From positions 835 to 64,834 of the forward strand of contig NZ_JACESA010000017.1 of the NCBI RefSeq assembly GCF_013912065.1: 64,000 nt of DNA, given 5' to 3'. Positions 21,129-29,684 of the stretch are shown here, piece after piece (within the stretch, counting starts at the first letter, position 1; each line of letters opens with the position of its first letter). Origin of the DNA: Brevundimonas sp. Its GTDB lineage: Bacteria > Pseudomonadota > Alphaproteobacteria > Caulobacterales > Caulobacteraceae. The notes beneath the pieces were generated by a model. It had not been told where the DNA came from. It saw nothing but the letters and a program-made list of their open reading frames with translations, and made no database searches. The translations under genes were made by a program, and so were the position numbers.

Positions 21129-22535
21129 TCACTTCCCGGCTCGAGCCTTGCCATATGAAAACTGCAAGCCGAGCAAATACGCCCAGAAGGCCGCTATGGA
21201 CGGCACCTGCAACGCATAGTCGGTAGTTCCATGCAGGAGCACCACCAGATTGGCGGCGATCAATCCCCGTTGAATCGCTCCGCCAGGCGCCTGATGCGAA
21301 CGTCGGAGGCCGCCGCCGATCAGGACTGCTATCAAACCGAACATCGGCAGGGCGCCGAACACCCCCGCCTCCTCCAACCACTGGATATAGACATTATGGG
21401 CGGCCCGGATCGAACGCAGCGCGCCGTAATTTTCAGGTGTCATCTGCTGGGCGTTGACCGCGCTGAAACTGCCGAGTCCATGTCCGAACAGGGGTGCATC
21501 CAAAAAGGCGCGCCAATGGGCCGTAAAAATGACGCTGCGGTTCGCCGCGTCCGCGTCGAGAGTGTCGAACCGCGCCCACAGAGTGTCCGCGCCTGCGATG
21601 CCAATCAGCCCAACGAGTGCGCCGGCCACGGTTAGGCCAATGGTTCGTTTAGACAGGCTGTCTTTCCGGCTGAGAGCCTCCCAGACGAGAAAAACGATCA
21701 CAGCCAGGGACGTGGCCGCCAGGCCCATACGAGAGGCGGTGGCCAACAGGCAGCCAACAAACAGCATGACGCAGAAAACGGATGCACCGAACGCGACGAG
21801 ACGGCCGAATGTGCGGCCAAGGCGCAGGCTGCGGCTGGCTCTCGCCAGTACCGCTAAGGAAAGGACCAGCAGAATGCCGTAGACGGTGGCGCCGCTGTTC
21901 GCGCTCAGGAACCCGCCGGTGAGACGTCCATCTTGGCGAACCTGCAAGTCCGCGATGAACATCACGATCCCAACAACCGCCCAAATGGCTCCGATGGTGA
22001 TGACTGTGCGGACCGCGCCGGCTACGCGACGGGTTCTGACGCCTTCAAAACAGCCGAGTAAGAAAACTCCAGCCAGAGCGCAAAGCTTGATGATCTCAAC
22101 GAGTGTCGCCGATCTGTCCAGGGAGATGGCGCTTTGCCCATGGATCGCCGCCCAAGGGGAGTTCGTACCGGAAGCGGGGGCGAGCAGAGTCCAGACGGCT
22201 AAGCCGAGCACGGCAACAAACAGCATGACCGCAGTGCGGCCTGGCCAGATCAGGGACAACTCGCCCTTGCGGCCCGCTAACAAAACCATAGCCGGCAGAA
22301 GGAGTACGATCGCCGCCGCGAACCAGAGCGCCGCCGTCGGTTGAGCGCCGCCGCCGAGCAGATGAACGATGCTGAACAGCGCGATCGGGCCGCTCAGGAG
22401 CAGATAGTCCGCAAGTCTGAGGCTGCGGGCGCGGCGGTTGGACAACGATCGGGCCGAAGGTGGCCGACCACGCGCGCGCCGCCTTGTGGCGGCGAGAGGG
22501 GCTGGCTGCTGCTCGACCCCGGGGTCGGCGTTCAT
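21129..22535 (-). CDS. O-antigen ligase / O-oligosaccharyltransferase-like protein (divergent from the two paralogs)
   Basis: RLTGGFLSAN, TASRMG, GHGLGSF, AHNVYIQWL.E.G, LHGTTDYALQVP. Confidence 0.75.
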   Translation of the reverse strand: MNADPGVEQQPAPLAATRRRARGRPPSARSLSNRRARSLRLADYLLLSGPIALFSIVHLLGGGAQPTAALWFAAAIVLLLPAMVLLAGRKGELSLIWPGRTAVMLFVAVLGLAVWTLLAPASGTNSPWAAIHGQSAISLDRSATLVEIIKLCALAGVFLLGCFEGVRTRRVAGAVRTVITIGAIWAVVGIVMFIADLQVRQDGRLTGGFLSANSGATVYGILLVLSLAVLARASRSLRLGRTFGRLVAFGASVFCVMLFVGCLLATASRMGLAATSLAVIVFLVWEALSRKDSLSKRTIGLTVAGALVGLIGIAGADTLWARFDTLDADAANRSVIFTAHWRAFLDAPLFGHGLGSFSAVNAQQMTPENYGALRSIRAAHNVYIQWLEEAGVFGALPMFGLIAVLIGGGLRRSHQAPGGAIQRGLIAANLVVLLHGTTDYALQVPSIAAFWAYLLGLQFSYGKARAGK

Positions 22536-22554
22536 ATGACGTAGCCTGTGGGCG

Positions 22555-23871
22555 TCAGAACTGGGCGACGAGAGAAACGTACATTCTCATAACATCGTAA
22601 TTCGGCCCAGAAAGAGCGCCGTCGGAAGCCTGGTCGATATAGGCCAGGGTAGTGGTTACGCCATAGTGGCGATTGATTAGGTACGTGCCGGAAACAGAGG
22701 CGTTCAGCCGCTGATCGTCGCGGTCGATGCCATTGTAATCGTCTTCGCTGTAGGTCACCTGGGCCGTGAGGATAAGATTGCGCAGCAGTTCATGATCGAT
22801 CTTGCCGCCGACCTCAGTACTCAGATAACCGGCGGCGCCGATAATTCCCGCATCCTGAACCGTGCGTGACACGGACGCCGTGACGGTAGTCAGTTCCGTC
22901 GGGAACCATTCCAGTTGCGCCCGTCCACCGAAGCCGTCGATATCGGTATAGGCGGCGTCATCGAAGCTCTGACTGATATAGCCTGCGGCGATTTCTCCGC
23001 GGCTGACCGCGCCCAGTTCGAAGTTGACGCCGACTAGGGCTTCATAACCTGAGGAGTCGCGTGCAGGCGTGGTGCTGCTCGCGTCACTGTCATAGTCCCT
23101 TTCATTGAGCGACACCTGACCGAAAACAGCGGTCGCAGGGCTGATGGCATAGTCCATACGACCCGCGACATTGAAGATGCTGCGGTCACGATCGCTTTGG
23201 TCGATCACTGCGCCGGCGGTCGTCCGGCCGTCCTCGTAGTCAAACGATCTTACGTCGGCGCGACCGGAGAGACGTACACGGCCTTTAGAGCGCACAGCGC
23301 CGACATAAGCAGAGGCCATGTCGAATTCGATTGGATTTTCCGCAGTCTGGGCGGTGTTCGTCGAGGTGCGAGGTTCCGTAACATGGGCGAACTCGGCGCC
23401 GCCGGTCAGGTTTGAGCCCCGTACGATGTCGAGACGACCCGTCGTGCCCACCGTCCAGTCGGTCGTGTTTTCGCTGTCGAAGTCGACGTTCTGGCTGATG
23501 GTGCTGCGGCCATAGGCCTGGATGTAGTGGCGAGACCAATCGGATTGGGCCACTATTTCCGGGCGGATACGGAAGACGACATCGTCCTGCTTGTCCGTGT
23601 CCACAGCGAAGATGTTGTCGTTATACTCCGCATCCACCTGAAGCTTCGGGAAAATGACGAACCCCCCCGAAGGGATGCCGAGCGCCTCATAATCCGGCCG
23701 GGGGCGTTCACGTACGCCTACGCCACGATCACGCGCGAACATGTCGGCGGATCGGTCCTGAGCAGCTCTGACGGACTGGGCTGCGGCGTCTGTCGAGACG
23801 GCGGCTGCACCCACAATCACGAACGAAGCTGCGCTGGCCAGCAGGAATACCTGGCTGCTCTTGTTGCGCAT
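22555..23871 (-). CDS. Polysaccharide-locus outer-membrane beta-barrel protein (BBP2/EpsX/Wzp-like)
   Basis: Signal peptide; RPRPDYEALGI, YNDNIFA; alternating beta-strands; C-terminal beta-signal SLVAQF. Confidence 0.78.
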   Translation of the reverse strand: MRNKSSQVFLLASAASFVIVGAAAVSTDAAAQSVRAAQDRSADMFARDRGVGVRERPRPDYEALGIPSGGFVIFPKLQVDAEYNDNIFAVDTDKQDDVVFRIRPEIVAQSDWSRHYIQAYGRSTISQNVDFDSENTTDWTVGTTGRLDIVRGSNLTGGAEFAHVTEPRTSTNTAQTAENPIEFDMASAYVGAVRSKGRVRLSGRADVRSFDYEDGRTTAGAVIDQSDRDRSIFNVAGRMDYAISPATAVFGQVSLNERDYDSDASSTTPARDSSGYEALVGVNFELGAVSRGEIAAGYISQSFDDAAYTDIDGFGGRAQLEWFPTELTTVTASVSRTVQDAGIIGAAGYLSTEVGGKIDHELLRNLILTAQVTYSEDDYNGIDRDDQRLNASVSGTYLINRHYGVTTTLAYIDQASDGALSGPNYDVMRMYVSLVAQF

Positions 23872-23948
23872 GATCTGACAGTCCTTGAAAACGCTTATCG
23901 GGGAGTGTGCGGCAGGGGCGGTTCTGATCGCCTTAGCCAGGCGATATA

Positions 23949-24458
23949 CTAGGCTGCAGTGTCGTAGTCTGGCCCGCCGCCGCCGGAACCAGAGACCGGC
24001 GGCGCGCCGAACGCGGGTGCGCCCGTGTCGGCGCCTGTCGCGGCCGGAGCGTCCTGCTCCAGAGTTTGGCGAATCCGATCAATGACCTGATTGATGGCGG
24101 CTTCGGCAGGCGCTGACAAGGTTCCGGCCGCCTTCATCTGATCTCTCGCAGCGATCAAAGCGTCGATCGCGACCTGAGGCGCGGCGCCGCTGGCTATGAT
24201 TGCCCCCTCGAGTGCTGTGACATAGACGGCCTGGGCTTCAGCTGGCGTCAGCGCCTGGCCGGCGAGCGTATTGGCTGTTTGGGTGACCGTCGCCTTGACT
24301 TGGATAGTCAGGGCAGCCGTCGATTCAGCGGAGGGTGCGGGCTCTTGAGCCTCAGCCAAGCGCCAGATGGCGGCTGTGACCGGGCCCGCCGCCAGCGTCA
24401 AAACCGCTGCAGCAATCGCGACCCGTCCAGTAGAACGCCCAAGCTTGAACTGTTTCAT
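23949..24458 (-). CDS. Exported Ala/Thr/Pro-rich protein with Gly-rich C-terminus (GSGGGGPDYDTAA)
   Basis: Signal-peptide-like N-terminus; AGGGGA RBS before ATG 24458; no recognised family. Confidence 0.75.
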   Translation of the reverse strand: MKQFKLGRSTGRVAIAAAVLTLAAGPVTAAIWRLAEAQEPAPSAESTAALTIQVKATVTQTANTLAGQALTPAEAQAVYVTALEGAIIASGAAPQVAIDALIAARDQMKAAGTLSAPAEAAINQVIDRIRQTLEQDAPAATGADTGAPAFGAPPVSGSGGGGPDYDTAA

Positions 24459-24556
24459 GGTCAATCCCCTTTCACGGCAGTCGTGGAACGATCTCCGTGT
24501 GTCTGTCAGTAAATATACGGCTTATGTTGGTTAAAAGCCAGAGTTAAAGAGCGTTG

Positions 24557-25201
24557 TTATGTTGTGACGCGTCGAACCTCTTGGGCCAACGCGTCGTCGG
24601 ACCCGGTGGCCGCGATATTCATGTAGACGTTCCGAACTGTAAGCTTGGCCGCTAGGCGACCCGCTGGGTCGGCGATGGAGTCCACCAAGGCGCCGCTGCC
24701 CTTATGATAGGTGGCGAATACCCGAAGTTCGTTCAGAGCCGCAACGCGTATGGCGGGTGTGACCGACTGCCAGTTTTCAAACACGAAACGAAGTCGCCAC
24801 CGGCTCACGCCAGGGCCCAATGGAGCGACCCGGTATGAAATCTCAAGGTTGCGCAGGCTTTCGGCGTCAAGCGAACCTGTCTCCTCCTTGCGGATATAGG
24901 CTGCGCGCAACCATGCGCTTGCAGTAAACGGCGAAGACTCAAGAGTTTTGTCATTCTCGCGAGCGGCGCGATCAAGATCGTGAGCCGAAACCTGCTCCGA
25001 TCTCAGAGCGAGATCCGCACGTTTTTCATGATGGGCTGCCAGGCTCAGAGGAGCGGCAAGCGCTGGCCAGGTCAGGCCCGACGCAAGAATGATCGCCGAG
25101 ATTGAGGTGGCTCCGCTCAAGGCCAGAACCATCGGCGTGAACAAGCGGCGTCCGTCATATACGGATCGTCTCTTCGACCTTTTTTTCGACCTCTGTAACA
25201 T
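24557..25201 (-). CDS. Membrane-anchored, TPR-like helical hypothetical protein
   Basis: Basic N-terminus plus TM helix, then SPFTASAWLRAAY and APLGPGVSRWRL; alternative start 25132. Confidence 0.65.
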   Translation of the reverse strand: MLQRSKKRSKRRSVYDGRRLFTPMVLALSGATSISAIILASGLTWPALAAPLSLAAHHEKRADLALRSEQVSAHDLDRAARENDKTLESSPFTASAWLRAAYIRKEETGSLDAESLRNLEISYRVAPLGPGVSRWRLRFVFENWQSVTPAIRVAALNELRVFATYHKGSGALVDSIADPAGRLAAKLTVRNVYMNIAATGSDDALAQEVRRVTT

Positions 25202-25302
25202 TTTGGCACATTCTAGGCGGGAGCGCCTGATTTCGCCATAGTGTTTCAAGACCTGCGCCAACCTCCGGTCCCTTTTGAAGAAGTGTGAGGCGCGGGGCGG
25301 CT

Positions 25303-26232
25303 TTAGAGCTGGCCCATAGTATTGTCGTGATCGACCGCCTGCCGTTTCAGCCAGTTGGCGAAGGCCGTTGCGCTGGGTGAGGGCGGGCGGTCGCGGGGCT
25401 GGACGACGTAATAGGCGAAGCCGACCGCCTCCGACCCGTCGGGGAAGGGGGCGACCAGCCGGCCGGAGGCGAGGTCGGCCTGGGCCAGGGTGCGTTTGGC
25501 AAGCGCCACGCCGCGGCCGGCGATGGCGGCCTCGATCAACAGGCCTGACTGGTTGAAACGCGAGCCCCGGCGCGGGTCGGGGTGGCGCACGCCGCGCGCC
25601 TTCAGCCACATGGCCCAGTCGGGACGGCTGGGGTCGCCGTCGTTCGACATGTCGTGCAGCAGGGTGTGGCCCACGAGGTCGGCCGGTTTGCGGATGGGCT
25701 GTTCGCCGACCATCAGCGCCGGGGCGCAGACCGGCAGGACCGTCTCGGTCATCAGCCGATCCACGGTCAGGCCGGGATAGTCGCCGGGGCCGTAACGAAC
25801 CGCAAGATCGACCTTGCCCTCGGTCAGGTCGGCCGGCTCCATGTCGGCCGAGATCCACAGCTCGATCTCGGGATGGGCGGTGTGGAAGTCGTCCATGCGC
25901 GGCATCAGCCATTTGGAGGCGAAGCCGGGGGCGACGCTGATCGACACCTGTTTACGGCGCGGCGGTTCACGCAGCAGGGCCGAGGCGTCCATCAGCCGCT
26001 CGAAGCCTTCGCGCAGCAGGGGCACGGAGGATCGGCCGAGGTCGGTCAACTGCAGGCCGCGCGCCTCGCGCACGAACAGGGGGCCGCCGACAATGTCTTC
26101 CAGCAGGCGGATCTGCTGGCTGACGGCGCCCGGCGTCACGGCCAGTTCATCGGCGGCGCGCGAGAAGTTCAGGTGACGTGCGGCGGCCTCGAAGGCGCGC
26201 AGGGCGTTGAGCGGGAGCAGGGAACGGGCCAT
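25303..26232 (-). CDS. LysR-family regulator, GcvA/TrpI/AmpR subgroup
   Basis: LPLNALRAFEAAARHLNFSRAADEL.VTPGAVSQQI; WLMPR; AAIAGRGVAL. Confidence 0.93.
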   Translation of the reverse strand: MARSLLPLNALRAFEAAARHLNFSRAADELAVTPGAVSQQIRLLEDIVGGPLFVREARGLQLTDLGRSSVPLLREGFERLMDASALLREPPRRKQVSISVAPGFASKWLMPRMDDFHTAHPEIELWISADMEPADLTEGKVDLAVRYGPGDYPGLTVDRLMTETVLPVCAPALMVGEQPIRKPADLVGHTLLHDMSNDGDPSRPDWAMWLKARGVRHPDPRRGSRFNQSGLLIEAAIAGRGVALAKRTLAQADLASGRLVAPFPDGSEAVGFAYYVVQPRDRPPSPSATAFANWLKRQAVDHDNTMGQL

Positions 26233-26236
26233 CGCC

Positions 26237-26251
26237 GTTAGAAATCCTATC
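26237..26251. promoter_or_regulatory. Candidate LysR recognition site GTTAG-N5-CTATC
   Basis: Imperfect palindrome just upstream of the LysR start, in the divergent LysR/cysG gap. Confidence 0.45.
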
Positions 26252-26356
26252 AGCGCGCCAAAGGCAATCTGGTTTGCGGCCCTGGGCGGGGAGGCCGAAG
26301 GTTCGTGACCTGAAGTCGTCCCTTCTTCCCCTCCCGACGGCCCTGAAAGCAAGACG

Positions 26357-27742
26357 ATGCGTGTATTTCTCGCCTCCATTCCGCTGGAGGCCGCCAAGAT
26401 CGTGATCATCGGCGGCGGTGAGCCCGCCCTGGCAAAGCTGCGACTGTTTCTCAACACGCCGGCGCAACTGCTGTGGTTCGCGCCGGACGGGCCGCCGCCC
26501 CGGATGGAAATCCCGCTGAGCGCGCCCGAGCCGGTGCTGCGCACGCCTGAGGCTGAGGATCTGGCGGGTGCGCGGCTGGTCTTCATGGCCTTGGACGACC
26601 CCGATGCGCTGACGCGGCTGGGCGCCCTGGCGCGGGCGGCTGGGGCCCAGGTCAATGTGGTGGACAAGCCGCATCTGAGCGACTTCCAGACCCCGGCCCT
26701 GATCGACCGTGACGAGGTGGTGATCGGGGTTGCGACCGGCGGATCGGCCCCCATTCTGGCGCGCGACGTCCGCTCGCGGATCGAGGGCGTGCTGCCGGCG
26801 GGCCTGACCCATGTGGCCCGACTGGCGCGCGAGCTGCGCGATACGGTCAAGGCCAGCGTGCCGGACTTCATGGCGCGCCGTCGGTTCTGGGAGAAGGCCT
26901 TCCGGGGCCCGGCGGCCGACCTGGCCGCCGCCGGGCGCACGGCCGAGGCGCGGCGCGAGATGCTGCGCCTGTTGAACGTCGCCGCGCCGGAACAGGGCGT
27001 GGTCCATATTGTCGGGGCAGGACCGGGCGACCCGGAACTGCTGACGCTGAAGGCGCTGCGGGTGCTGCAGGACGCCGATGTCATCATCCACGATCGGCTG
27101 GTGCCGGATGCGGTGCTGGAGCGGGCGCGGCGCGACGCCAAACGCCTGTATGTCGGCAAGGCGCGCGGCGAGCATTCGGTGCCTCAGGACCAGATCGAGG
27201 CCCTGATGATCGAAGAGGCCAAGGCGGGTCATCGGGTCGTGCGGCTTAAGGGCGGCGATCCCTTCGTGTTCGGACGCGGGGGCGAGGAACTGAACGCGAT
27301 GCGGGCGGCCGGCGTGGCGGTCTTCGTTGTGCCGGGCGTGACGGCGGCCCTGGCTTGCGCCGCCTCGGCGGGGATCCCGCTGACCCATCGCGACCACGCC
27401 CAGGCGGTCACCTTCGTGACGGCCCAGGCCAAGCCGGGCGGGGGCGACGCGGACTGGTCGAAGCTGGCGGCGCCCAATCATACGCTGGCTATCTATATGG
27501 GGGTGGACCGGGCCGAGGAGACGGCGGCCAAGCTGATGGCGGCCGGGCGTCTGGGCTCGACCCCCGTGGCCATCGTCGAGAACGGCAGCCGGCCGGACGA
27601 GCGGGTTCTGACCGGCCGACTGGACGAACTGGGCGCCCTGGTGCGGGGCGCGGACCTGACCGGGCCGGCCCTGCTGTTCGTCGGCGAGACGGCGGCGTTT
27701 TCTGCGGCGCAGCTCGACGTGCGGGCCGAGGTGGCGGCATGA
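26357..27742 (+). CDS. cysG: Siroheme synthase
   Basis: N-terminal dehydrogenase/chelatase (VNVVDKP, ATGGSAP) plus methyltransferase (GAGPGDPELLTLKA, RLKGGDPFVFGRGGEE). Confidence 0.95.
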   Translation: MRVFLASIPLEAAKIVIIGGGEPALAKLRLFLNTPAQLLWFAPDGPPPRMEIPLSAPEPVLRTPEAEDLAGARLVFMALDDPDALTRLGALARAAGAQVNVVDKPHLSDFQTPALIDRDEVVIGVATGGSAPILARDVRSRIEGVLPAGLTHVARLARELRDTVKASVPDFMARRRFWEKAFRGPAADLAAAGRTAEARREMLRLLNVAAPEQGVVHIVGAGPGDPELLTLKALRVLQDADVIIHDRLVPDAVLERARRDAKRLYVGKARGEHSVPQDQIEALMIEEAKAGHRVVRLKGGDPFVFGRGGEELNAMRAAGVAVFVVPGVTAALACAASAGIPLTHRDHAQAVTFVTAQAKPGGGDADWSKLAAPNHTLAIYMGVDRAEETAAKLMAAGRLGSTPVAIVENGSRPDERVLTGRLDELGALVRGADLTGPALLFVGETAAFSAAQLDVRAEVAA

Positions 27743-28014
27743 AGATCGTCACCGCCAACCGCCTGTCGGACGGCCGCGTGATCTACGCGGGCATCGACAA
27801 TCAGCCGGTCGAGGGCATCGACCAGGCGTCCGTCCTGGATGAGGCGACGGCAGAGATCGTGCTGGCCGAGGTCGCCTCTCGACCCGACATCTTCGTGAAC
27901 CCCTATCTGTTCGAGGTTGAGGACCACGCGCCTTCTGGCCGGGACCGCCTGAAGGAGCGTATCCGCGCGACTGGACCGACCGTGGGCAACAGCCTGGTGC
28001 GGGAGCCCGCCTGA
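27739..28014 (+). CDS. DUF2849 family protein
   Basis: TANRL.DG.V.Y and RERIRATGPT signature; coupled to cysG and cysI. Confidence 0.8.
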   Translation: MKIVTANRLSDGRVIYAGIDNQPVEGIDQASVLDEATAEIVLAEVASRPDIFVNPYLFEVEDHAPSGRDRLKERIRATGPTVGNSLVREPA

Positions 28015-29684
28015 TGTATCGCTATGACGAGTTTGACCACGCCCTGGTGCGTGAACGGGTCGAGGAGTTTTCCGACCAGGTGGCGCGCCGCGCCTCGGGC
28101 GCCTTGAGCGAGGACGAGTTCAAGCCGCTGCGGCTGATGAACGGCGTCTATCTGCAACTGCACGCCTATATGCTGCGGGTCGCCATTCCCTATGGGACGT
28201 TCAACAGCCGCCAGATGCGCCGGCTGGCCCATATCGCCCGCACCTATGACAAGGGCTACGGCCATTTCACCACGCGGACGAACATCCAGTACAACTGGCC
28301 GGCCCTGACCGATCTGCCGGCGATCCTGAGCGATCTGGCCGAGGTCGAGATGCACGCCATCCAGACCTCGGGCAACTGCATCCGCAACACCACGACCGAC
28401 GTCTTCGCCGGGGCGGCGGATGACGAGATCGAGGATCCCCGTCCCTGGTGCGAGATCATCCGCCAGTGGTCGACGATCCACCCGGAGTTCAGCTTCCTGC
28501 CGCGCAAGTTCAAGATCGCGGTGATCGGGGCCGAGAAGGATCGGGCGGCGATCCGGACCCATGACGTGGGCTTGCAGATCGTGCGCGGCGCCGACGGCGG
28601 GACGGCTTTCCGCGTCTTCGTCGGCGGCGGGCAGGGGCGTCTGCCCCATATCGGCCAGGAGATCGCTTCGGCCGTGCCGGCGGCGGAGCTTCTGGCCTAT
28701 CTGACGGCCATCCTGCGGGCGTGGAACCTGCTGGGACGGCGCGACAATATCCATAAGGCGCGGATCAAGATCCTGGTCGCCTCGGTCGGGCTGGAGGCCT
28801 TCCGCGAGGAAGTGGACAGGCACTACGCCACCCTGCGCCACGAAGACCTGCGGATCCCCGAGGACGAGGCTGAGCGGATCAAAGCCTATTTCGCCCCGCC
28901 GCCGTTCGATGATCTGCCCAAGGCCAGCGCCCCGTTTGACCGCGCCCTGCTGGCCGATCCGGACTTCGCCCGGTTTGCGCGCAACAATGTGCGACGTCAC
29001 CGCCAGGCGGGCTATGCCTCGGTGGTGGTGTCGTTGAAGCCGGTCGGCGGCGTGCCGGGCGACATTACGGCGGATCAGATGGACGCGGTGGCCGACCTGG
29101 CCGAACGCTACGCCTTCGATGAACTGCGCGCCGCCTATGAGCAGAACCTGGTCCTGCCGCATGTGAAGCTGGACGACGTGCCGACGCTGTGGCGGGCGCT
29201 GCGCGAGGCGGGGCTGGCGACGGCCAACGCCGATCTGGCGACGGACGTCATCGCCTGTCCGGGGCTAGATTATTGCAGCCTGGCCAACGCCCGGTCGATC
29301 CCGGTGGCCCAGGCCCTGTCCAAACGTCTGGCCGATATGGACTATCAGGAGAAGCTGGGGCCGGTCCGCATCAATATGAGCGGGTGTATCAACGCCTGCG
29401 GCCACCACCACGTCGGCCACATCGGTGTCTTGGGCGTCGATCGCAAGGGCGAGGAATATTACCAAATCACCGTCGGCGGTTCGCCCGACGAACAGGCCGC
29501 CCTGGGCGATATCGTCGGCAAGAGCCTGCCGGCCGAAGAGGTTGCGCCGGCGATCCAGCGGACCCTGGACCGCTATCTGCAAATCCGCGCCGAGGGCGAG
29601 CGGTTCATCGACACGGTGCGCCGCGTCGGTCCCGATCCCTTCCGTGACGCCATCTATGAGACGCTCGATGCTGCAAACGCTTGA
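28014..29684 (+). CDS. cysI: Sulfite reductase hemoprotein (nitrite/sulfite reductase family)
   Basis: HFTTRTNIQ, TSGNCIRN, LPRKFKIA, ACPGLDYC and SGCINACG siroheme/4Fe-4S cysteines. Confidence 0.93.
   Translation: MYRYDEFDHALVRERVEEFSDQVARRASGALSEDEFKPLRLMNGVYLQLHAYMLRVAIPYGTFNSRQMRRLAHIARTYDKGYGHFTTRTNIQYNWPALTDLPAILSDLAEVEMHAIQTSGNCIRNTTTDVFAGAADDEIEDPRPWCEIIRQWSTIHPEFSFLPRKFKIAVIGAEKDRAAIRTHDVGLQIVRGADGGTAFRVFVGGGQGRLPHIGQEIASAVPAAELLAYLTAILRAWNLLGRRDNIHKARIKILVASVGLEAFREEVDRHYATLRHEDLRIPEDEAERIKAYFAPPPFDDLPKASAPFDRALLADPDFARFARNNVRRHRQAGYASVVVSLKPVGGVPGDITADQMDAVADLAERYAFDELRAAYEQNLVLPHVKLDDVPTLWRALREAGLATANADLATDVIACPGLDYCSLANARSIPVAQALSKRLADMDYQEKLGPVRINMSGCINACGHHHVGHIGVLGVDRKGEEYYQITVGGSPDEQAALGDIVGKSLPAEEVAPAIQRTLDRYLQIRAEGERFIDTVRRVGPDPFRDAIYETLDAANA

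Larger units (their letters stand above)
16040..25295 (-). other. Lower-GC surface-polysaccharide gene island (boundaries approximate)
   Basis: Spot GC counts 34/60 (18061-18120) and 26/60 (18121-18180) versus 43/60 in purB (15301-15360); many A/T-ending codons; eight co-oriented genes between purB and a LysR; no mobility genes. Confidence 0.75.

Noticed and set aside
16040-25295. Glycan island as an active mobile element
   Set aside because: No integrase, transposase or flanking direct repeats found; treated as an acquired but immobile block
25202-25912. Upstream half of the 451-aa ORF 24557-25912
   Set aside because: Alternative frame over the LysR; low-complexity R/P-rich, no support
26310-26345. 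Hairpin with C/U-rich loop in the cysG leader as SAM riboswitch or cuckoo sRNA
   Set aside because: Only a 4-bp stem; no SAM-II/SAM-SAH consensus and no repeated CCUCCUCCC hairpins
26233-27159. Extension of the LysR track ORF to 618 aa
   Set aside because: Antisense to cysG; the LysR HTH begins at ATG 26232
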